Shown here: positions 1 to 9,135 of the stretch, in pieces
Numbering within the stretch: position 1 is the first letter of the stretch
How the letters are laid out: each line of letters starts with the position of its first letter
Assembly: GCF_963921235.1 (NCBI RefSeq)
Contig: NC_086106.1
Location: 21,576,001-21,640,000 of the forward strand
DNA from: Mobula hypostoma
Taxonomy: Eukaryota
Length of the DNA stretch: 64,000 bases
Direction of reading: 5' to 3'
Position numbers and translations under genes: made by a program
Notes under the pieces: model-generated
Database searches by the model: none
Told to the model about the DNA's origin: nothing
Seen by the model: the letters and a program-made list of their open reading frames with translations, nothing else

Positions 1-204
1 CGGGGCAACATTAGCAAAATATATTGCGGGTTCTTCTAAATTACAAATATTGCTGGTGGTCAGTAAACTACGTAATATAACAGCCGTTATTTATTCAGTG
101 TGTTTTAATAGTGTTGATTAAAATAGAATGCGTAGATAAATCTGATAATTTAGTTAAAGAAAGTCCCGCAGCGTAGTATCAAAATAAAGTGAAATAACCA
201 GCTT

Positions 205-1522
205 CATACATCAAAGTTGCTGGTGAACGCAGCAGACCAAGCAGCATCTATAGGAAGAGGCGCAGTCGACGTTTCAGGCCGAGACCCTTCGTCAGGACTA
301 ACTGAAGGAAGAGTGAGTAAGGGATTTGAAAGCTGGAGGGGGAGGGGGAGATGCAAAATGAGAGGAGAAGACAGGAGGGGGAGGGATAGAGCCGAGAGCT
401 GGACAGGTGATAGGCAGAAGGGGATACGAGAGGATCATGGGACAGGAGGCCTAGGGAGAAAGACGGGGGGGGGGGTGACCCAGAAGATGGGCAAGAGGTA
501 TATTCAGAGGGACAGAAGGAGAAAAAGGAGAGTGAGAGAAAGAATGTGTGCATAAAAGTGAGTAACAGCTGGGGTACGAGGGGGAGGTGGGGCCTAGCGG
601 AAGTTAGAGAAGTCAATGTTCATGCCATCAGGTTGGAGGCTACCCAGACGGAATATAAGGGGTTATTCCTCCAACCTGAGTGTGGCTTCATCTTTACAGT
701 AGAGGAGGCCGTGGATAGACATGTCAGAATGGGAATGGGATGTGGAATTAAAATGTGTGGCCACTGGGAGATCCTGCTTTCTCTGGCGGACAGAGCGTAG
801 ATGTTCAGCAAAGCGGTCTCCCAGTCTGCGTCGGGTCTCACCAATATATAAAAGGCCACATCGGGAGCACCGGACGCAGTATATCACCCCAGTCGACTCA
901 CAGGTGAAGTGATGCCTCACCTGGAAGGACTGTTTGGGGTCCTGAATGGTGGTAAGGGAGGAAGTGTAAGGGCATGTGTAGCACTTGTTCCGCTTACACG
1001 GATAAGTGCCGGGAGGGAGATCAGTGGGGAGGGATGGGGGGGACGAATGGACAAGGGAGTTGTGTAGGGAGCGATCCCTGCGGAATTCAGAAAGACGGGG
1101 GGGAGGGAAAGATGTGCTTAGTGGTGGGATTCTGTTGGAGGTGGCGGAAGTTACGGAGAATAATATGTTGGACCCGGAGGCTGGTGGGGTGGTAGGTGAG
1201 GACCAGGGGAACCCTATTCCTAGTGGGGTGGTGGGAGGATGGAGTGAGAGCAGATGTACGTGAAATGGAGGAGATGCGTTTAAGAGCAGAGTTGATAGTG
1301 GAGGAAGGGAAGCCCCTTTCTTTAAAAAATGAAGACATCTCCCTCGTCCTAGAATGACAAGCCTCATCCGGAGAGCAGATGCGGCGGAGACGGAGGAATT
1401 GCGAGAAGGGGATGGCGTTTTTGCAAGAGACAGGGTGAGAAGAGGAATAGTCCAGATAGCTGTGAGAGTCAGTAGGCTTATAGTAGATATCAGTGGATAA
1501 GCTGTCTCCAGAGACAGAGCTG
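205..1522 (-). mobile_element. 5'-truncated Penelope-like retroelement (RT C-terminus plus GIY-YIG endonuclease)
   Basis: ORF 663..1367(-) has the GIY-YIG motif (VIYCVRCSRCGLLYIGETRRRLGDRFAEH). ORF 1087..1554 has the RT tail (TDIYYKPTDSHSYLDY...IPFSQFLRLRRICS). The element is flanked by a 14-bp direct repeat GAAATAACCAGCTT at 191-204 and 1523-1536. Confidence 0.9.
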
Positions 1523-1988
1523 GAAATAACCAGCTTGTCTGTTTTCAGTGACATCTTTAAGCCAAGCTCATAATACCACTCTGACTTTCACTATCGCTCA
1601 CACTCTCAGTTCCACGCTCCCTATAAACCACACTCGTGTTTTGAGTCATGGAAATAGAATGAGTAACTGACAGCTTGAGGGTTGGGAGAGTACCACACCA
1701 TCAGACAGAAACCGTTTCTGTACGTGGCGTCATCGGGCATATTTTTTTTTTGTGATATGGATTTTGATGTTTTAGTGATACTTTCAATTTTACAATATAG
1801 AAATTCAAAAGTAATTTCATGTGCTCCTTGAACAGTGTTTCAATCCTGCTCAGTACCGCTATAAACAGCCTACCGGAACAACAAGTTTATCAACGAGTTT
1901 ACAATCCTAATTTTGGAAGGATTAATATCAATGTGGCAGAACAATTGTGCTTTCAATATAATGTGCGTCTGTGAGTAGATATATATGA

Positions 1989-2020
1989 GTGTGTGTGTGT
2001 GTGTGTCTGTTTGTGTGTGT
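1989..2020. repeat. (GT)n microsatellite
   Basis: Imperfect GT run visible in the sequence. Confidence 0.8.
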
Positions 2021-2289
2021 TTCTGAGTTAGTGTGTTTCTTTATTGGCAGCAGTCTCTGGATGTTCATTTACTGTAATATGTGCAGATAATATGGAAACA
2101 ATGAAATGTTAAGACAGTGCTTTTGGCTGAAAAAAATGTCACGCTAAGATTCTAAAGCAGGTCTGTTTTTGCTAGAATTATGCTAGTTACCAGATGTAGC
2201 TATTATTGTTAACCGTGTGAGAGGGAGGGGTAGAATAAACAGGTCACAGAATACATGGTCCTTATTTAGAAAAAGATAATAAGACTGTA

Positions 2290-4750
2290 AGTCATAGGAA
2301 CGGAAATTATGTCGTTTGCCCATCGAGTCTGCACTGCCATTCAGACACGGCCGATCATTGTTTTCTCCTCCTCAAACTCATTTTTAGGTCATCTCTCTGT
2401 ATAATTTTGATGTCATGTTTAATCAAGGACTTATCAATTTATGCATCATATAAACCCAACGACCTGGCCTCGACATCCACATGTGGCAACAGGTTCCACA
2501 CATTCATCACTCTCCGGCAAAATACATTTCTCCGCCTCTCCGTTTCGAATGGAAGCTCCTCTCTCCTGAAGCTTTGCCGTTTTGTCCTGGACTCTCCAAC
2601 AGTGGGAAACACCATTTCCATATCGAATCCCGTCTAGCCTTTTCAACATTTGAAAAATTTCAATTGGCAATCCAATCATCCTTCAAAACTCCAGCGAGTA
2701 CAGAGCCACAGCCAACAAACCGACTCGTTCGATAACCCTTTCATCTCTGAAACCATTCCTGTGAACATCCGCTGTACTCTATTCAAAGTCAGCATATGTT
2801 TGTTTTTAAGATGAGGAGCTGAAAGCTCTTCACTGTAGTAAAGGTGAGGCCTTATCAGTGCCTTATAAATCGTCAGAATTCCTGCTCTTGTATTCTAGAC
2901 CTTTTGAAATGAATGCAAAAATTGCATTTGCCTTCCTCACCAGCGACTGAATCTGCAAGTTTACCTTTGCGGTATTTTGCACAGGGGCTCTCAATGCACT
3001 TTGCATCTCAGATTTTGGGTTTTCTCCGCGTTTAGAAATAGTCTGCATATATAATTAAAGTTCCAAAGTGTATGGGCGTGGATTTTCCAGCATCCTGTTT
3101 CGTTTTCCATATGCTTGCCCTTTCTCCTAAACTTTCTAGGTCATTCTGCATCCTACTTTTTTTCCGCAACCCTGCGGCCCCTCTACCAATCTTTGTATCA
3201 TCTGCAACTTTGCAGCAAATTCATCTACTGCATCATCTAAATAATTTATATTCAAAATAAAAAAAAAATAAGTGATCCCAACACCGACCCCTGCGGAACA
3301 CGACTATCACTGGCAGCCAACCAGAAAAGGATACATTCATTATCACACTCTGCTTCCTTCCAATCATCCAATGCTTCAATATGTCAATAACTTTCCTGGA
3401 ATGCCACGGGCTCTTAACTTAGGAACTCCCCTCATGTGCTGCAACTGATCAAAGTTCGGCTTCTACCCTCCACCTCTCTTAAAGAGTGGAGTGATATTTG
3501 CAATTATACAGTCCTCTGGCCCGATCCAAGATTACAATAATGTTTGAAAGATCACTGTAGATGCCGGCAGAAGCTAAAATACTAACCCCTTCAGAAACTC
3601 AGGGTGCAGTACATCTGTTCCGGTAGAATTAGGGTCTTTAGCTTTATGACCTCCTTCTCCCTTGTAATAGTAACTGCACGCAATTATCTTCCTACACACA
3701 CTTCAACAATTGGCACAAGTCTCGTGTTTTCCACAGTGAAGACTGATGAAAAAATACTCATTTAGTTCATCTACCATCTCCTTGCCCACCGTTGTTATTT
3801 ATCCTGCCTGATTTTCTTACGATCCGATATCAACACTCATCTCTCTTTTATTTTTAACATAGTTCAGCAGGCGTTTACGATACAATTTGGCATTATTTGG
3901 TATATTGCGGTTATACTTCATCTTTTCCCTTCTACGAATTCTTTTAGTTGCTCTCTGTAGGTATTTTTTTAACTTCCCAACAGTTTATCTTCTCACCATT
4001 TTTTTTTTCTTTGCTGTACGTTCTCTCTTCTATTTTTGCATTAGCATTAAAGTCCCTTGTTAGCCACGGTTGCACTATTTTGCCATTTGATTATTATTAT
4101 TTTTTTTTTTGCGAATGGCCTACACCTTCCCCATTTTCCCCAGAAACGCACGCCATCTCTGTCAGCAACTACTTCCAATTTAGTTTGGCCAACTTATCTC
4201 TCATACCGCTGTAATTTCCATTACTCCACTGAATTACTGCTACGACAGACTTTAGATTTCCCCTTCAAATTAAAAGTTGATCTCTATCATATTGTAGTCA
4301 CTGGTTCCTAAGAGTTATTTTACCTTAGGCTCCCGAATCACCTCCAGTTCATTACACAAAAACAAATCCAGAAAAAAAAAAAGATTCGCAGGGAGGCTCA
4401 ACTAAAAACGGCTGTAAAAAGTCATATTTTAGGCATTCAACATATATCCTCTTTTCATATCCATTACCAATCTTATTTTCCAATTGACCTGCATGTAAAA
4501 TATCCCATGGCAATCATACCACTGCCCCTTTGAACAAGACTTTTCAATTTCCTATTGTAATCTGTTGTCCAACTCCGTGCCACTATTGGGAGGTTTGTAT
4601 ATAACTGCGATTTGCATTTTATTTACCCAATCCACAGGAATTCAACATATTCTGATGCTATGTCACACATTTCTACCGATTTATATTGATATACTCTTCT
4701 GATTTTCTTTCCATGCCGTCTGGACCATACCGTCAATTAAACAGCCGTGT
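2290..4750 (-). mobile_element. Decayed CR1-type LINE fragment(s)
   Basis: Minus-strand remnants such as RRNVFCRRVMNVWNLLP and VRKANAIFAFISKGLEYKS are typical CR1 ORF2 C-terminal motifs. Many stops. Confidence 0.75.
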
Positions 4751-5959
4751 ATGAAGTGGCCACTCACTTCTGTTTTATTTATTTATTTATTTATTCCCCC
4801 CCCCCCCCCCCGGCAAGCCATCCTAATTTCCGCACCATCCATCAAAGTGACCTATAATGGACATGGAAATTCTCATCAGCTTAATCACGTGGCCATCCCG
4901 TACAACTTAAAGTTTGTTGTTCTCGAAGTCAGCCGCTAACCTGCCATTGTCTTTGAAAAATTGCAATAGCTGGTCTCTGTTTTTCCTTTTTCAATCTTTC
5001 ATTAGTTTAATAAAATATAAACATGACATAATGATAGTACAAATTTATTGGGAACACATTGTTATGATTAACATTAAATTACATACTTTTGAATGCGTTG
5101 AACGATGAGGGTTCTGCAGTCATTAATCACGCTTCATTCCATATAGATATCATCTCAGCATCATTTAAAAACCCGATTCCGGTGTTTCTGGTAATATTTG
5201 CATAATTCTTTTCAGGAAAACGTACGAAACTTTCCTTGATATTTTCTTTCAAATAATCGGTCTACACAGAAGTTTCAACAGCGATAGATCCATGGATGCA
5301 TTGTCTCGCAGAGAAACAAAATAACGGAAATATTTGTTCTTTACATTCTTGATAAGCTGTTCTTGAAATGAAATTTGTTGGAATTGTTCTGAAAGAATGG
5401 TCCGTAATTAATTTATGTTGCTCATGGAGGGGTGTTCATGTTAATTTATTGTTACATTTTAGCTTGGGTTATACAGCTATTCGATTGTGCGTTCGTGGGG
5501 CACCGTGACTTTAACTGGCGTGTGTCATTTTCCCCTCCCTTATCTGTATGAGACTGAATAGGATATTTCCCCATTTCTCCATGGTCCGTTTTGTGTTTGT
5601 CCCAATGAGGACATAAGTTTAGATAGATGACGAAATCAAATTGTTTCTCGTCTGCCATTATGGACCGAATGCTCGCTACAACATATTTGCTCCAGTGGTG
5701 GCTGACGGAAGGCTCATTCCGAAGCGAAAGATCCCAAAAGTGTCACATGTAGTTAGCAGCGAGTTTCCGTATCGGCTAATGGCGAGTGTATTATCGGATT
5801 GACTTCAGCTGAGGACAGAATATTAGGATTTATCTTTGCGTCTTTTCGAAACTGTAAGTTCTTGCTGGATTCTTGGTCTCTTCTCTGAAGTACTGGCGCT
5901 CGCAAGTTTTTGTACAGCCCTTTTCGTCTTTTGAAACGCTGTGTAAGCCACCGCAATGA

Positions 5960-5998
5960 GGTTTTTGTGCATCTCACTTCCTCCAGTATATCACCGTG
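5960..5998 (-). other. 23-bp-spacer RSS of the supporting V-delta segment
   Basis: Minus strand: heptamer CACGGTG (5998-5992), 23-nt spacer, perfect nonamer ACAAAAACC (5968-5960). Confidence 0.95.
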
Positions 5999-6304
5999 CT
6001 CTTCCCCGACTGATGGCACATTGGTACACAGCGGAGTCGCTCACTTGCAGCTCCGAGATCTTTAACATGCTGATTTTCTTCTCACGATCGATAGAACCGA
6101 AGAAGTGTCCTTTAGCAGCACTTTCCTGACCTTGATCGTCAGAGGTATGCGTCTGGAGTAGAAGTTTTGGAGGTTCTGCTTGGAGCTGCTGGAACCAGTG
6201 TACCGTGTATGTACAAAACCCTAAATATTTGCATGTTAATGTGACGACGTCATCTGAATGAACAGTCTGTAGAGGTGGATTCTTCGACACAAGGGATAAT
6301 GGAT
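5999..6304 (-). CDS. TCR delta-type V exon with no leader found; NAR-TCR supporting V
   Basis: Acceptor ttccttcAG at 6305, phase 1. Open frame DPLSLVSKNPPLQTVHSDDVVTLTC-KYLGFCTYTVHWFQQ...LKISELQVSDSAVYQCAISRGR with canonical Cys/Trp/Cys and an extra CDR1 Cys. Followed by a 23-RSS. I found no leader exon between it and the J at 7734. Confidence 0.92.
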
Positions 6305-7733
6305 CTGAAGGAATTTAAAAGAGGCATCATTATTACTTTACTACTGGTATTGTATCCGCCACAAATAGGAATAGGTGAAGGATTGACACCTGCTGGTTTC
6401 GTTGACAATGTCTCCAAAATTCTTTTGTTGCCCTTGGAAATTCTCTCGGCGACTTGCTGAAGTAGAAAAATAATTGGCCGTTGGTGCAGCAGGTGAAACG
6501 AAATTATCAGCAGGAGAAATAGAATTACTGCAATTAAATGCTGGAAAATTTGAAACCACAGGGATTAATAATTAAAATATGGAACATTTCTGAAACAACC
6601 TCCTAGAGCCATCTGCCAAAGGGATGGAGTATTTACCTGTTCTATTGTGGAAAATTATATTTGTATTTATATTTTTGTTAGGGAAGGAAGAATGGGAAAA
6701 CAATTAAACAGTATATTGTTTACAACGACTGATGCACCATCTACAAATATGTTGCTCTTTGATTTAGTAGATTAAGATCCACGAGAGGGACATGATTTTC
6801 CTTGTTTGTGATGAGCAGCTGTGGGGTAAGAGTAGTCCTTGTTAAATTTAACACACTCCCCGGTAAAACTTCCTAACCATACGGTGTAACTCACCCCAAT
6901 GCTAAAGGAGCTCAGCAGGCCAGGCAGCATTAATGGAAAAGACTAGACAGGCGATGCTTCAATACAGTCACTTTATCAGTTTATTCGTAGATGCGACCTG
7001 GCTTGCCGAGATCATTGAGCATTTTGGGTGTGTTGACTGGGTTTCCAGAATCTGCAGATTTTCTCATTTTTTCCCCATTTTCCGTGCCAGGTAATCCTCC
7101 AATTTCCTTACAGATCAGTCAGCTTTCAGATGTTTTCTTTTTCCCCTTCACAGTTTTTCTTTTCTTTTTTTTTTTTTTTGCTGCATCTGCTATATCTGTT
7201 GTCAACTTAACATGTTTTCAGGCAATCTGCCAGATGTTGCTTGCATTGCAGTGTACAAGTGGGTGTCAGTTTCATTCGCAGCTGGGCCTTTACCCTGATT
7301 GATTGCATCTATAGCTTGTTCATAATCAAGAGTTACTTTCTCAATCTTGCAATATGAAGTTTCTGTGGACCTGCAGAATCACTCAGCACAGGACTTCGCT
7401 GAGATGTTTCGTTATCTTAATAGCGCTATGCGCTGACCAAAGATGAGCATGTCTTGTGCTGCACCCGAAACCGCCTGCTGTCACACAAATAGCCGTGTTG
7501 CATATGAGAATGAACAGTGGCCGCTCCTCTCGTACTGCATGGGCACAGAGATGCGTTGCCTTTTCTTAACTGCACTTTTCCTTAGACTCGTTCATGGTTA
7601 GTAATGTAAACGTGTTATTTTTCTTAAAGCCCAATCCCGTAAATCTCAATGAAACTTGATATATTCAAGAAAACTGTCCTTATAAACACATTGATAGAAC
7701 GGCTTAATAAATTTCGCTAGTTCAGATACTTAC

Positions 7734-7788
7734 CTATTGTGACTATAACAGTGGAACCAGTTCCATATAGATTTCCAGTGTAGTATCT
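7734..7788 (-). other. NAR-type J segment
   Basis: Translates RYYTGNLYGTGSTVIVTI+g, containing the YGxG-x-T-V motif of IgNAR-like J segments. Ends at donor GTAAGT (7733). Its phase 1 matches the V-delta acceptor. Confidence 0.92.
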
Positions 7789-7827
7789 CACCGTGTTCCG
7801 ACTCTCAGTGTCACTGGTACAAGAATC
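7789..7827 (-). other. 23-bp-spacer RSS of the J segment
   Basis: Plus-strand reading: CACCGTG (7789-7795), 23 nt, ACAAGAATC (7819-7827). Confidence 0.9.
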
Positions 7828-8132
7828 ATCTTCAGTTCATTCGAATCAGTGGCCGTCATTGGACAGTGTACACATAATCCAGACATTTAAAACATCACAA
7901 ACATTATTCAGTGTTCCACAAACACCAGTGAAGAATCTACTTTTGAAAAAGAAAACTCTATAAATGGCTGTACGATATTTTCCGAATGTCGGTTCTCGAA
8001 ACTGAGCCAATGACAAAGACGAACTCATGGAAGGGACAAAGCAGAATGGAGTTTCCCAGATCACAGCGTGAAAATAATCCAACATATGATTATTTTTCCC
8101 GACTCCAGAATATATAGTTTATCGGGACAGAA

Positions 8133-8203
8133 AGTTCTTGTTCGATTATCGTCCGTTGTGTATGTCCCAATATCCACAGTGTTTCGTGTAAGGTACAAAT
8201 CGC
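8133..8203 (-). other. D segment (8161-8174, GATATTGGGACATA) flanked by two 12-type RSSs
   Basis: 3' RSS (minus reading): CACAACG, 12 nt, ACAAGAACT. 5' RSS (plus reading): CACAGTG (8175-8181), 12 or 13 nt, then TACAAATCG or ACAAATCGC. All three frames are open (DIGT / ILGH / YWDI). Confidence 0.88.
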
Positions 8204-8554
8204 AGAACAGGATTGGAGTGGAATTAACAGCTTCCAAACTGCTATTACACCTTCCATGCTGTTGGAGCAGGGTCCCATGCGAAATAAGGTTTGGGTAGGA
8301 AGACAATCATTCTCAGTTGCTGTTCGTTGGAAATTATTTTGCGAAAAGTGATTTTGTGTATACAAATTCTGAACAGAAAAGAACTAGAGTAGAAACAGTA
8401 AACTTCCTGTACCATTACAAAAACAATACTGTATGGAACGCAGGCGAAGTGCCTCGATGAATTACGGACAGATTAACTCCACTCTTTAAACTGTTGATTG
8501 GATAAATTACAACCAGTATTTAAGAACGGCGGAAATCCTCTCCCGATTTCTGTG

Positions 8555-8839
8555 TATACTTATAGTGAACTTTACAGACATAGGTGGCGCTGTCCTTAAC
8601 TACAAGATTCATAATTTTCAGGGTAATTGTCATTTCTGCTTTATTTTCCATTATTAAATGTCTTCCTCCTGTGTTGATCCGCTCTCCCTGCGTTCCTGAC
8701 TGCGTGTGTTTGATGAAATATCCGGTTACAAAAGTATCGCTTGACGATTTTTTATGGAACCTGCATGTGATGGTGAGAGACTGGCATTCATTTTTCGTCA
8801 CCGTTGTCGGGCTCTGGGTCACGGACTGGCTGAAGAAGA
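8555..8839 (-). CDS. IgNAR-like (VNAR) V exon; NAR-TCR V
   Basis: Acceptor ttccAG at 8840, phase 1. Open frame FFSQSVTQSPTTVTKNECQSLTITC...ERINTGGRHLIMENK...LKIMNLVVKDSATYVCKV. There are 62 residues between the canonical Cys, versus 70-72 in the two TCR Vs here, matching the VNAR CDR2 deletion. It has an I-x-x-GGR motif and an extra FR1 Cys. The 3' end is 8568 or 8555 depending on which heptamer is used. Confidence 0.9.
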
Positions 8840-8986
8840 CTGGAAATTAAGAATATGGAGAAGCGAAGCGGCATTAGATGTGAAACGCGCAAGACGGCTA
8901 ATATAATAACTTCATGGAATTCTGAATCTACTTGTTCAATTTTATATCTATGTCACATATTGCGGACAGTTGTGAACAGTACTCAC

Positions 8987-9029
8987 GGCGAAAGCAGAGG
9001 CACAGCGTGACACCCAAGAGAAAGTTCAT
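8987..9029 (-). CDS. Leader (signal peptide) exon of NAR-TCR V
   Basis: ATG at 9029, MNFLLGVTLCLCFR+c, donor GTGAGT. A 147-nt phase-1 intron joins it in frame to the V exon. Confidence 0.9.
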
Positions 9030-9078
9030 TGTTTTGTCTCCGGGATTTGATGTTTCGTATTACGGACAGCGAGAGTGT

Positions 9079-9135
9079 TGTGGTAGTTTGTTCACCAGAA
9101 CTGGGCTGAGACACCTCGACCGGAAGCTGATGTAC
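9079..9135. promoter_or_regulatory. Candidate V promoter motifs (RUNX, ETS, CRE-like)
   Basis: TGTGGT at 9079-9084, CCGGAAG at 9120-9126 and TGATGTAC at 9128-9135, 50-105 bp upstream of the leader ATG. These are short motifs and could occur by chance. Confidence 0.3.

Noticed and set aside
217-1263. Multiple overlapping ORFs in the track
   Set aside because: They are antisense or alternative frames of the Penelope-like element, not host genes.
6227-6234. Octamer ATTTGCAT
   Set aside because: It lies inside the V-delta coding exon (TCKY codons) and is coincidental.
6305-7733. Search for a dedicated leader exon for the supporting V
   Set aside because: Candidate donors (for example near 6635) have no upstream ATG with a hydrophobic, phase-1 frame.
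8400-8430. ACAAAAACA nonamer-like motif suggesting a second D
   Set aside because: There is no heptamer at 12 or 23 nt spacing.
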